From the NCBI GenBank assembly GCA_963716395.1, contig OY970309.1, forward strand, positions 3,040,001-3,104,000: a DNA stretch of 64,000 bases. Reading direction: 5' to 3'. Source of the stretch: an uncultured Fibrobacteria bacterium (GTDB lineage: Bacteria > Fibrobacterota > Fibrobacteria > UBA11236). Under the pieces are notes generated by a model. The model was not told the DNA's origin and ran no database searches. It saw nothing but the letters and a program-made list of their open reading frames with translations. The translations under genes were made by a program, and so were the position numbers. Below, one piece after another: positions 49,489-59,201 of this stretch. Every line of letters starts with the position of its first letter. Position 1 is the stretch's first letter.

Positions 49489-50042
49489 GCGGCTTGACGG
49501 TGGAACCCGGGCCTTTGCCCGGCTTGTTGCTCCTGCGTCCGCGGGTTTTCCGCGACGCGCGCGGATTTTTTTTCGAAAGCTACAACCGCGAAACCTTCGC
49601 GGCTGCCGGCATCTCCGTCGACTTCGTGCAGGATAACCACAGCCGATCGGGGCGGGGAACCTTGCGCGGACTGCATTATCAAACTTCTCCGGGCCAGACC
49701 AAGCTGATCCGCTGCACCCAGGGCGCGATCTGGGACGTAGCCGTGGATATCCGGCCGGCCAGCCCCACCTTCGGCCGCCACTTCGGGATGGAATTGCGCC
49801 CCGACGAAGGCCTGATGCTTTTCATTCCCGTGGGCTTTGCGCACGGATTCGTGGTGCTGTCGGAAAACGCTGAAGTGCAATACAAATGCTCGGCCGTATA
49901 CAATTCCGCCACCGAAGCCGGCATCGCCTGGAACGATCCCGAACTGAACGTATCTTGGCCGTTACGTGGAACGGGCCTGCTGTTGTCGGCCCGCGATCAA
50001 AGCAATCCCTCGTTTGCGGAGTACAAGGCGAAGAGAAATTAA
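49485..50042 (+). CDS. rfbC: dTDP-4-dehydrorhamnose 3,5-epimerase
   Basis: DARGFFFES, QDNHSRS, LRGLHYQ, DVAVDIR, GFAHGF. Confidence 0.96.
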   Translation: MSGLTVEPGPLPGLLLLRPRVFRDARGFFFESYNRETFAAAGISVDFVQDNHSRSGRGTLRGLHYQTSPGQTKLIRCTQGAIWDVAVDIRPASPTFGRHFGMELRPDEGLMLFIPVGFAHGFVVLSENAEVQYKCSAVYNSATEAGIAWNDPELNVSWPLRGTGLLLSARDQSNPSFAEYKAKRN

Positions 50043-50144
50043 GATCGCCTCAAAAAAACAACCGTTTACTTCGGACGATGCCTGAGCCGGTTCCCTGTCG
50101 AGGGATGTTGCAGGCCGGGGGGAAGGCGACGGGGGCGTCACCCT

Positions 50145-50909
50145 TCAGGCGATTTCCAACTCCAACCCGTCATAGGCCAGGCGGATGTTTTCCGGCAGCC
50201 GCGCTTCGGTTTCGGCATGATCCAAATCGTGGCACATGTGGATGAAAAAGGTGCGGCGCGCGCCGATGCGGCGCGCATACCCCAACGCGCCTTCGAGGGA
50301 CAAATGCGTCGAATGCGGCAACAGGCGCAGGCAATCCAGGGCCAGCACGTCGAGACCCTGCAGGAGTTCCAGGGTGGAATCGGGAATCACGGTCACGTCG
50401 GTGACGAGGGCGAAACCGCCTACGCGATACCCGAATATGGGGTCCGGGCCGTGGCAAACCGGCAGCGGGGTGACGCCCCACCCCGCGACTTCGAAGGGTT
50501 TCGTGACCTCATGTAAATCGTATTGGGGCACCCCTCCGCCGTAAATTTTCGGCGGGTCGAAGGCATAATCGAACCGTTTGCGCACAGCGCGCAGCGTGTC
50601 GGCCGAACCATATACGGCCACGGCGCGACCGGTGACTTGGGAAAAAATGCGGAGATCGTCGAGGCCGGAAATATGATCGGCATGCGCATGGGTGAGGAGG
50701 GCGGCGTCGAGACGCCGCAGGCCGTGGCGCAGCGCGCCGAGTCGGAAATCTCCCGAGACGTCGATTACGACGGAGCGTTCGGCGTCATGCAGCCAAATCC
50801 CCAGCCGGTTGCGGTGGTTGCGCGGATCGGGGGATTGGCATACCCCGCAGGCACAGCCGATGACGGGAATTCCGTGCGAAGTGCCGGTTCCTAAGAAAGC
50901 GGCCTGCAT
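50145..50909 (-). CDS. MBL-fold metallohydrolase (PhnP-like)
   Basis: LGTGTSHGIP..C.C.VC, THAHADH, HMCH, LAYDG. Confidence 0.92.
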   Translation of the reverse strand: MQAAFLGTGTSHGIPVIGCACGVCQSPDPRNHRNRLGIWLHDAERSVVIDVSGDFRLGALRHGLRRLDAALLTHAHADHISGLDDLRIFSQVTGRAVAVYGSADTLRAVRKRFDYAFDPPKIYGGGVPQYDLHEVTKPFEVAGWGVTPLPVCHGPDPIFGYRVGGFALVTDVTVIPDSTLELLQGLDVLALDCLRLLPHSTHLSLEGALGYARRIGARRTFFIHMCHDLDHAETEARLPENIRLAYDGLELEIA

Positions 50910-51031
50910 GCCTGCAAATGTAGTTGCGCCTAAGCTTCCCGACCATCGGCGCCCATGCGTGACCCATGTCACGCAGAAGGTTTCGCAGCGCGCGTAACTT
51001 CTCGGCATCGTCCCAACCCCGAGGAGGCATT

Positions 51032-52321
51032 ATGACGATACGCAAACAATTCTTTCTTCGCGGCGCCTTGGCGGCCCTGCCCGTCTGGTTTTGCGCTTGT
51101 CAGCTCTTCCAGTCGCAAACCAATTCCACCAACGGCGGTTCCGGGTTGAGCGTGCATTTGCAGGTTCGCCCGGCAGCGTTGGCGCGCCTGGCGGCCACCG
51201 CGCCGGCCCTCACCGACTCGGCCGTGGTCACGGTTTCGGCCCCGGATTTTTCGCCCCGGGTTTTCGGCTTCGGCGGCGCAGGCTTTGATTTCGTCCTGAA
51301 CGATCTGACGCCCGGGACGGGCCGCGATTTCAAAGTCGAATTGTTGCGGCAAGGGCGCGTTCTGTATACGGGGGAAATCGACACCACCTTGTATGCCGAT
51401 CGGCAGAACCTGCTGCTTCTGCATTGCCTGCCGCGTTTTTCCCGGGTGGCTGCCAGCGCCCATGTGCCGGTGGATTTTCCCTGGGACGTGGTCGCGGGTA
51501 AACTGATTTTAAGCGGCGGGGGAGACACTTTGACCGCCGACATGACGCGTAGCGGAGAATTTCTGCTGTTCGACGTGGAAGAGGTACCCGGCGATCAAAC
51601 CTATTCCGCCTCGCTGCAATTGTGGGACTCGGCGCAAGCCGTGGTGGCTACCGCCCAGGACACCGTTGCGGTGCTCATGGGTCAAAGCGTGAATCTGGAT
51701 CTGACCCTGCTCACCACCGAGGCGCAGTTGCAGATGGGTTTGGATTTCGCCGCGCCGCAGCAGACATCGTTGCATCTGGCGTTTCCGGCCGGACGGCGCG
51801 CGCCGTCGGCCTTCGGCGATGTGATTTTTTCCGAATTGTATCCGGCGCCTTCTTCCGCCGATTCGGGCAGCGACGGAGAATGGCTGGAGATTTTCAATCG
51901 CACCTCCGACACCCTAGACCTGGGCGGCTGCGGCATCTCCCGCGACGGGGGAGGCACGTCGACCAAGCAGGTACTTTTTCCCAATGGAACGGCCTTGCCG
52001 CCCGGACGGGCCTGGGTGGCGGGGCATGCCGACGCGCCCTCGCCCAGCCTGGTGTTGACCAGTTTTTCGCTGCCGAATTCCCTGTCGCGGGTGCAACTTT
52101 TCTGCGCCGATTCCCTGCTCCTCGATACCGTGACCTATTCGCTGGCCGCGGCTGATTCCTTCGCGGTGGCCGCCGGTAACGGCGAAGTGACAGAGCTGCG
52201 GCCCAGTCAAATCGCGCAACGCGCGCGGCCCTCGGCCTGGTGCCTGGTGCCGTCCCATCCCGATTCAGCCGGGCAGGGCAACCCTACACCCGGCAGCCTT
52301 GACGACGGGTGCCCGGAATGA
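51032..52321 (+). CDS. lamin tail domain-containing lipoprotein
   Basis: FCAC lipobox; VIFSELY..P, EWLEIFN, DLGG, PTPG. Confidence 0.8.
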   Translation: MTIRKQFFLRGALAALPVWFCACQLFQSQTNSTNGGSGLSVHLQVRPAALARLAATAPALTDSAVVTVSAPDFSPRVFGFGGAGFDFVLNDLTPGTGRDFKVELLRQGRVLYTGEIDTTLYADRQNLLLLHCLPRFSRVAASAHVPVDFPWDVVAGKLILSGGGDTLTADMTRSGEFLLFDVEEVPGDQTYSASLQLWDSAQAVVATAQDTVAVLMGQSVNLDLTLLTTEAQLQMGLDFAAPQQTSLHLAFPAGRRAPSAFGDVIFSELYPAPSSADSGSDGEWLEIFNRTSDTLDLGGCGISRDGGGTSTKQVLFPNGTALPPGRAWVAGHADAPSPSLVLTSFSLPNSLSRVQLFCADSLLLDTVTYSLAAADSFAVAAGNGEVTELRPSQIAQRARPSAWCLVPSHPDSAGQGNPTPGSLDDGCPE

Positions 52322-52352
52322 AGAGGGCGTGTCTGGAAGAAGTCCCGCGGAA

Positions 52353-52766
52353 TCAAACGATGCCGCGGGCGCGCAAAAAGTTGATCACTGCGTCCCGGTT
52401 TTCGGCCTACTCCGACCACACCGAAACGCACCAGGCCTGTACGGCCTGGCGCCGTTCCGCTCCCGGTGCGGTGGCAAGGACGTCGGCCGCGGTGAGTGCG
52501 CTGCGCCTAGCCGGCAACGGCAAAGTGGGCCAAGGCCCACGGCGGTTGGCCAAGTGCATGTGGACTTTCTGCACTTGTCTTCCCGAAAATCCTTTTTCGA
52601 GAAAGAGATTTAACCCGGCCAGCGCGAAGATCCGCTGGATGGGTTTGTCGCCGGCGTCGGCATGCTGCGCAGCATAGACATCGACTACATGCTGGTGCAG
52701 AAAATCGGCATCGCCGAGTGTCAGGGTGTACGCGCGCAAAGCGTCGTAAGCTTCGTCTTCGGCCAT
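52353..52766 (-). pseudogene. DUF5946-like protein with an apparently premature in-frame TAG (52407-52409)
   Basis: HQHVVDVYAAQH, ALAGL.L.LE, W..SVW motifs; the frame continues AENRDAVINFLRARGIV to TGA at 52353. Confidence 0.55.
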
Positions 52767-52782
52767 CGCGGGCGCACCCGGC

Positions 52783-53595
52783 TCAGGGCTCTTCGGCGTC
52801 GCCGGCGTTGGCGGCCAGGCCCGCTTCGATCAACCCCTTTTTGAAGTAGCCGTAGGCGAATCCGAAGATCCCATAGGCCAGGCCTTCGAGGTACAGGTAT
52901 TCCGGAAAAATCATGCCGAAGCCGCACAGGTAGGTCAGGAAGATATTGGCGATTTGAAAGGCGTTGAAAGACCGATTTTCGCGCTTGAGCAGCTTGGGGA
53001 GATATAAGGGGCTGACCATGAGCAAGCCCGCAAGGATCAATAGCAGCGGCATGGCCGAAATGCTGTAGGGAAAGCGGCGGAGGAGATCGTATTTGGCGAA
53101 CAAAATGGTGCTTACGGCCACGAAGCTCCCGGCAAAGGTGGTAGGCAGCCCGTGGAAATATTCGCGCAGTTCTTCGGAGTCGATGGCGTTGTAACGCGCC
53201 AGACGCAGCGCCGCGCACAGCATATAGACCGCGGCAGACACGAAGGCCAAGGGCCGGTGAAGCACGAACCATCCCGAGTCGATGGATTGCATGTAGAAGT
53301 ACACCAAACAGCCGGGTGCGATGCCGAAGGCCGTCAAATCCGCCAGGCTGTCGAATTGGGCGCCGAATTCCGAAGAGGCGTTGAGCAGCCGGGCCGCAAA
53401 GCCGTCCAGCTTGTCGAGCAAGGCGCACCAGGTGATGATCCAGGCGGCGGTGACCAGCGGAGGTTTGGTCGAACCCCAAATCGGCCCGCTGGGCGAGGCC
53501 GAAAAAACATCGGTCATTTGCAGAATGGCATAAATGCCGAGCAGAAAATTCAGGCCGGTGAACAGATTCGGTAACAGGAATCTTTTCTTGACCAT
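52783..53595 (-). CDS. pssA: CDP-diacylglycerol--serine O-phosphatidyltransferase
   Basis: LPNLFT, DKLDGFAAR...S.FG..FDSLAD (CDP-alcohol motif), LRLARYN, FHGLP. Confidence 0.88.
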   Translation of the reverse strand: MVKKRFLLPNLFTGLNFLLGIYAILQMTDVFSASPSGPIWGSTKPPLVTAAWIITWCALLDKLDGFAARLLNASSEFGAQFDSLADLTAFGIAPGCLVYFYMQSIDSGWFVLHRPLAFVSAAVYMLCAALRLARYNAIDSEELREYFHGLPTTFAGSFVAVSTILFAKYDLLRRFPYSISAMPLLLILAGLLMVSPLYLPKLLKRENRSFNAFQIANIFLTYLCGFGMIFPEYLYLEGLAYGIFGFAYGYFKKGLIEAGLAANAGDAEEP

Positions 53596-53665
53596 GGCGT
53601 GCTCCGTGGGGGATGAAACAGTGCGGACGGTTTATTGCCGCCGGCCGGGCGCAACCCGCAGGGGT

Positions 53666-56248
53666 TTATTGCGCGGGGAAAAACATAATGAAGTGATCCA
53701 GGGTTGAGATTGCAATTCCGTCTCCGAGCAGGGCCGGCGTTCCGGGCATGCTGGTCAACGGCAAATGCTCCAGCAGAGCATGGGTCCACGACCGCTTTTC
53801 CAAAGCGGGTTCGGTGGTACCCACCCAATATCCGTCTTCCACCACCAGGGGTCGGTTGAAGAGATAGGTGGAAAGCTGGGTTTGGGCCACAATGGCGCCG
53901 GTGGATCCCTGCACGGTGAGAATGCGTTTCGAGGCGGTGCCGAGCAATATCTGGTCCCCCCAGCCGTCCAGGCTGAAAATTTGCTCGCCGATGTCTTTCT
54001 GCCAGGCGATGCTGTCGCGTTGGCGGTCGACGGCCACCAGTAACCCTTCGTTGTAGCCGGCATAGGCGTATTCATGGCCGGCATGCAATTCGGTCACGGT
54101 GCCGGGGGGCATGCGCACTCGGCCCAGAATGCGGCCGGTGGAAATTTGCAGGCCGTAATACCCGCCCTCGATTTCAAAGGCGTCGATTTGATCGGGCAGG
54201 CGGCTTTTGGCCAGCAGCAGACCGTTGCGGCTCAAATGCCGCTGCCACCGGATGTGCCGCTGCGGCAAGGCGAGAAATTGCACGTTGCCGCCCCAGTCGC
54301 TGTAGACCAATCCGCCGGCCACGGGCACAGCCTGGCAAATGGGTTGGGGCAGTGGAACCGGCGGCGGCAGGTCGGCGGGCGAGAAGGGTGTGAGCAGATA
54401 CAGGCGCGTGGGGCTGGAGACCACCGCCGTGTCTCCCACCCAGCAGGCCGCCTTCAAATCCAAGGCTTCGGAAAAATGAAAACTGTTTTTCAACGCCCCG
54501 GTGGTATTGTCGAGCAGGGCCAGCGTTTGATTGTCGTTCTCCACGTAGAACGAAACCCCGGGGCCCGCCACCAAGGTCGGGAAAAAGCGCGGACCGGAAT
54601 GCTGCTTCCACACCCAACCCGCGGCAAAGGCCCGGGCCAGGCTGCGCAGGGCCGGATCGGCGCTCCAGGGGGCCACCACGGGCGAGCGGGCCAATTGCAA
54701 CCAGGCCTCGATCACCTCTTTGTGCGCGGCACCGGTCGACCGCAGCAATTGGGCCTTTTGCCTCCAGGCTTCGCCGTTCCCCGGCTCCAATTCCAACAAG
54801 GTGTCCAGAGCCCGTAGCGCACCCTCCTCGTCATGGCGTTTCAGACAATCCTGCACCCCGCGAAACAAGTAGCTGCGATCGTCGCCGGTCATTTGCAAAA
54901 GCTCGCGGTTCAAGCGCACGCGCTGTCCGTCGGCGCGCTGCACCACGAGCCAGTCGCGGGTGGGCAGCAGCAGGGGATCGTGCCCCCAGCCGACCTCATA
55001 GCGGAACAAGGTGCGGCCGTCCTCCCCCAACGACAAACAGGTGCCCGCGTGCGTCAGCGCGAACAGTCCGTCGGCGGCCGGAAGAATCTCGGCGATGCCG
55101 TCGTCGTGCTGCCAGTCCATTTGTCCGGTGCGCAGTTCAAAGGCTTTCAAAGCGCCTTGATTTTGCACCAAGAAGGCATGTTCGTGACCCAGGACCAACT
55201 GGTCCTGCATTTCCGAAGGAAAGCCCCATAAGAAAGCGTCGAAGGCGGGTCCCCGGCGAATTTCGATGTGATCCAAATATCGTAAAGCCAGGTAATCGCC
55301 GGAGAGCAGGGCCTCCGAGGGAAGTTCACCCGACAGCGCCAGCGGGCTCAGGGAATGGCGGGTGAAATCGGCGCGGTAGACCCCCTCCGAAGGACAGAAC
55401 AGCACACCTTCGCGCGAGCGCGGACGGGCGGGCAAATAGGTGCAGCCCGGACCCGGAAGGGGGGAGGAGAAAACCGTGCGGTCGCGCTGCATGAGTTTCA
55501 GGCTTTGCGAACCGATCAGCAGGAATTCATCGGGCTCGCCGCGCGCGGGCAGCAACATGCCCTGGTCGGCCGCGAATTTCTCCGGCGCGGGGTTGGGTGC
55601 GAAATTCGGCGCCTTGCGCAGATAGACCTGCTGCTTGTCGCGCAGCACGGTGAGCAGCAGATCGGGTGTGGCATCGAGCACGTCTTCGCCCGGCAACAGG
55701 GAGGCGGGCACCGAATGCAGCAGCCCGTCTTCATCCTGATACTGCACCTGTTCGGATTCGGTTTCGGGGCTTTTCGGATCTTCCACCAAGACATAACGGG
55801 GAGTACCCGAGGAGGCATCGGCAAAGACCCGCGTGGAACCGGTAACGCGTCCGGCCGGGCGCAGCGGTTGAATGGCGCCCGGATGCAAGGCGAGCAGCCG
55901 ATGGTATAAGGCGCGCTTCTCCGCCGCGCTCAGACCTTGGCCGCCCAGGGCCTGGGTATAGGCGCGGATGGCCGACTCGCTTTGGCCTTCGCTTTCGCGG
56001 AAACGGCCCTGGAGAAATTCGGCTTGGGTGCGAATGCCGGTGTCGTTCGACGCTTCCAGACGATTCAGAATGCGCTGGGCCGCGACCGTATCGCCTTCGA
56101 TTTCGAACAAATAACGGGCCGACTCCAAATCCATTTGCGCCGAAGCCGAGGCGGCATCGGGTTGGGCCGCGGCGGCGCCGGCGACCGTACACACCACGCC
56201 GAACAGAAGTTTCATGATGCCCAGACGTTTTTCCATCGTGCGCTTCAA
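53666..56248 (-). CDS. secreted TPR + PQQ-like beta-propeller protein
   Basis: Signal peptide; TPRs; repeats such as AFELRTGQMDW and AVDRQRDSIAW. Confidence 0.75.
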   Translation of the reverse strand: MKRTMEKRLGIMKLLFGVVCTVAGAAAAQPDAASASAQMDLESARYLFEIEGDTVAAQRILNRLEASNDTGIRTQAEFLQGRFRESEGQSESAIRAYTQALGGQGLSAAEKRALYHRLLALHPGAIQPLRPAGRVTGSTRVFADASSGTPRYVLVEDPKSPETESEQVQYQDEDGLLHSVPASLLPGEDVLDATPDLLLTVLRDKQQVYLRKAPNFAPNPAPEKFAADQGMLLPARGEPDEFLLIGSQSLKLMQRDRTVFSSPLPGPGCTYLPARPRSREGVLFCPSEGVYRADFTRHSLSPLALSGELPSEALLSGDYLALRYLDHIEIRRGPAFDAFLWGFPSEMQDQLVLGHEHAFLVQNQGALKAFELRTGQMDWQHDDGIAEILPAADGLFALTHAGTCLSLGEDGRTLFRYEVGWGHDPLLLPTRDWLVVQRADGQRVRLNRELLQMTGDDRSYLFRGVQDCLKRHDEEGALRALDTLLELEPGNGEAWRQKAQLLRSTGAAHKEVIEAWLQLARSPVVAPWSADPALRSLARAFAAGWVWKQHSGPRFFPTLVAGPGVSFYVENDNQTLALLDNTTGALKNSFHFSEALDLKAACWVGDTAVVSSPTRLYLLTPFSPADLPPPVPLPQPICQAVPVAGGLVYSDWGGNVQFLALPQRHIRWQRHLSRNGLLLAKSRLPDQIDAFEIEGGYYGLQISTGRILGRVRMPPGTVTELHAGHEYAYAGYNEGLLVAVDRQRDSIAWQKDIGEQIFSLDGWGDQILLGTASKRILTVQGSTGAIVAQTQLSTYLFNRPLVVEDGYWVGTTEPALEKRSWTHALLEHLPLTSMPGTPALLGDGIAISTLDHFIMFFPAQ

Positions 56249-56955
56249 TCTCCCGGCCGTCCGCCCTCGGGATCGAATTTATACCCGACCCCGCGTACAC
56301 TTTTGATCCAGACCGGATTGGCCGCGTCGTGTTCCAGCTTTTGCCGCATCTTGCCGATTTGGTTGTCCACGGTGCGGGTGGTGGGCATGCTGTCGGCCGA
56401 ATACCCCCAAATGGCCTGCAGCAAATCTTCGCGCGAAACCACTTCGCCCGGGCGCCCGGCCAGGTATCTAAGAATTTGGAATTCCTTGGCCGACAATTCC
56501 ACCGGATGCCCGCGCCGCGTGGCCTCGTAACGGCGAAAGTCGATGCGCGTTTCCCCGAATTCGAGCACATCGGGTTCCACCGGAGCCGCCAGCGCGGCCC
56601 GCCGCAGCCGGGTCTTGATGCGCGCCAGCAATTCGGACACGCTGAAGGGCTTGGTGATGTAGTCGTCGGCGCCCATTTCCAAACCCGCAATCTTCGACAA
56701 CTCCTCGTTTTTGGCCGTCAGAATCAACACGAAAATTTCGGGATGCTGTTTGCGGATCGCGCGGCAGACTTCGAAGCCGCTCGACTTGGGCAGCATGAGG
56801 TCGAGCAGGACAAGATGGGGTTTCCACTGGCGCACTTTATCGAGCGCTTCTTCTCCGTCGACGGCCACGGCCGTCTCGTAGCCTTCGATGTCGAGCAAAT
56901 CGACCAATCCCGCGCGGATGGCCTCTTCGTCTTCAACGATGAGAATCCGATGCAT
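56245..56955 (-). CDS. OmpR family response regulator
   Basis: ILIVEDE, LDLMLP, GADDYITKPF, winged helix ending VRGVGY. Confidence 0.96.
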   Translation of the reverse strand: MHRILIVEDEEAIRAGLVDLLDIEGYETAVAVDGEEALDKVRQWKPHLVLLDLMLPKSSGFEVCRAIRKQHPEIFVLILTAKNEELSKIAGLEMGADDYITKPFSVSELLARIKTRLRRAALAAPVEPDVLEFGETRIDFRRYEATRRGHPVELSAKEFQILRYLAGRPGEVVSREDLLQAIWGYSADSMPTTRTVDNQIGKMRQKLEHDAANPVWIKSVRGVGYKFDPEGGRPGD

Positions 56956-58894
56956 GCTTTCCCCCTTTGGCGAAGGTGATGATCATTTCCGTTCCCTGAT
57001 TTTCGGCGCTGCGCACCTTGATGACGCCACCGTGGGCCGCGACGATACGCTGCACCAGGGCCAAACCCAGTCCGCTGCCGCGGGTTTTGCGCGTCATCTC
57101 GTCACCGGCCCGGTAGAATTTTTCAAAGATGTGCTTGAGATCACCGGGTGCAATGCCGATGCCCTGGTCCGCCACGCGCAACACCACGTTCTCGGGTTCG
57201 TCGCGCACTTCGAGCGTGACTTCGGTGCCGGAAGGAGAATATTTCAGCGCGTTTTCCAGCAGGTTCTGCAGCACCGAACGCAGGGCGTCGTAATCGGCGC
57301 GCAGCCGGGCCGTGGCCGGCAGCAGGGTGGTGAGGCGGATGCCGGCTTGGGCGAAGGCCGTACCCATCAACGCCGCGCTCTCGCGCGCCACCTCGCTCAA
57401 GTCCAACTCGGCGAAGCGCAGGGCGCGTTCGTCCTCTTCAAGCCGCGCAAAATTGAGAATGCCTTCGATCATGCCTTGCAGCCTTTCAGCCTCCTGTTCA
57501 ATGCGCTGCGCATAGTCGCGGCGCTTTTCTTCCTGCGCCTGGCGGCCGCTGGCCAGCATTTCGGCGAACATGCGGATGGCCGTGAGCGGGGTTTTGAGTT
57601 CATGCGATACGGCCGAAAGAAAATTGGCCTTCATCTGCACCACGCGTTGTTCCTGATCGATGCCCTGGAACAAGGTGAAGGCGCCCAACAGCAGCGCCAG
57701 CAGCGAAAAACCCAACAAGGTGTATTGCAGGATCAGGCGCCGTCGGCCCAGCGACACCACTTCGCTGGCGGGTTTTTTATACACGATCACGCGCCAGGCG
57801 GGAAAGCCGTCGTCGACGGACTTTTCCAGGGCCGGTTCGCGATCGCTGAGCGAGTCCGAGGCCAGCACCACGCGGTCGAGCCGGTTCAAAATGGCGAAGT
57901 CGACATCTTTCCAGGTTTCGCGGCGCTCGGCTAGCAAATCACTGCGCAAGGCTTCGACGAACACGTTTTCGTTGAGTCGCAGCAAGGCCTGGGTGCCGCG
58001 CGCAAACCAGGGGAATCCGACTTCGAGGTAGGGAACGCCTTCGTAATACTGCACTTTCAGCGAATCTTCGGGAAAAGGAATTTGGCTGCGCAGCATGTCG
58101 GTGGGCGAAGCGGGCCAGGCGTGCTGCACGAAGTCGGCGTCGGAAAGGAAGAGGGGAAGTTGCTGGTGCAAGGTGAACAGTTGCGCGCGCAGGTCGGGTG
58201 GCAGGGCTTCGAGCGAGGTCAACAGATTGACGGTTTCGGAGAGATAGAACGCGACGGGGTGGTACGAGTCGAAGACGTCGGTGGCCTGGAGATCGCGGAT
58301 CAGCACACGCCCGAAGGTGATGGCCTGGGGCGCGTCGCCCAAGGCTACCAGACATTTGAGTTCAAGCAGGCGGAACCCGAAGCGTAGCGGTTCCAAAGTC
58401 GGAGTGGCGGTTAGGCTGTCGGGGCCGTGCAGCAATCCCCGCAGGGCTCGCAGACAGGCGCCATAGCGGCGCGCATGCCATTCCTGCCGCGCCAGGTCCG
58501 CTAGAGCAGGCGGTGCCCCCGGTCCCGGAGCCGCACCCAGATTGGGAGACGGATTGGGATCGCGGGGAAACACGGCGGTGTCGCCCCGAAAAACCGCCGC
58601 CGACTGCACCATCGGGTTCTCCAACAGCCGCGCGGTCAGCGCCCAGGCCGCGGCAGGCGTATCGGTGGACCCGCCGGCGCGCAATTGCTCCCGCAATTTG
58701 TCCATATTAACCTGGCGCGTTTTGCGTAAAATCTGGAGGACCGCGCCGACGAAATCCTGATGGCGCGACTCCAGCGATCGTTCCAGCAACACCCGTTCGT
58801 CCTTCACCGAGCGAAAGCTGAGATAACCCAGGATCAAGCCCGGCAGCAGGATGGAGCCCGTGAAGACCAGCAGGAGACGGCGCGAGATTTTCAA
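56933..58894 (-). CDS. sensor histidine kinase with large periplasmic domain
   Basis: Two TMs; SHELKTPL, NLLENALKYS, DQGIGI, FYR, GSGLGL. Confidence 0.95.
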   Translation of the reverse strand: MKISRRLLLVFTGSILLPGLILGYLSFRSVKDERVLLERSLESRHQDFVGAVLQILRKTRQVNMDKLREQLRAGGSTDTPAAAWALTARLLENPMVQSAAVFRGDTAVFPRDPNPSPNLGAAPGPGAPPALADLARQEWHARRYGACLRALRGLLHGPDSLTATPTLEPLRFGFRLLELKCLVALGDAPQAITFGRVLIRDLQATDVFDSYHPVAFYLSETVNLLTSLEALPPDLRAQLFTLHQQLPLFLSDADFVQHAWPASPTDMLRSQIPFPEDSLKVQYYEGVPYLEVGFPWFARGTQALLRLNENVFVEALRSDLLAERRETWKDVDFAILNRLDRVVLASDSLSDREPALEKSVDDGFPAWRVIVYKKPASEVVSLGRRRLILQYTLLGFSLLALLLGAFTLFQGIDQEQRVVQMKANFLSAVSHELKTPLTAIRMFAEMLASGRQAQEEKRRDYAQRIEQEAERLQGMIEGILNFARLEEDERALRFAELDLSEVARESAALMGTAFAQAGIRLTTLLPATARLRADYDALRSVLQNLLENALKYSPSGTEVTLEVRDEPENVVLRVADQGIGIAPGDLKHIFEKFYRAGDEMTRKTRGSGLGLALVQRIVAAHGGVIKVRSAENQGTEMIITFAKGGKHASDSHR

Positions 58895-58918
58895 TCGGAC
58901 CGCAATCCCGTTCGGATT

Positions 58919-59173
58919 TCAGAACAACAGGTTTTCCAAGGCTTGGAGCGCGGGTTTCCCCAATTCGTGATAGAGCAGGTCGCGCGCGAAGGAAAGATCA
59001 TACGCTTCCAGGCATAAAAGCAGCATGTTGACCACGATGAAGGCCGCGAAGGCGCCGATGACGTAGTACAGCACAAAAAAAACGCCCCGGCGCGGTTCCA
59101 AGGAATACGGATTGATGGTGGCCCGATAAAGAAGGCGGACCAATCCCAGGGTGGGAGACATCGACCCGAACAA
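58919..59173 (-). CDS. small membrane protein
   Basis: 84 aa with one TM helix, fills the gap within the operon. Confidence 0.55.
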   Translation of the reverse strand: MFGSMSPTLGLVRLLYRATINPYSLEPRRGVFFVLYYVIGAFAAFIVVNMLLLCLEAYDLSFARDLLYHELGKPALQALENLLF

Positions 59174-59201
59174 TCTAAAAATCGCGGCGGCTCGGACTCC
59201 T

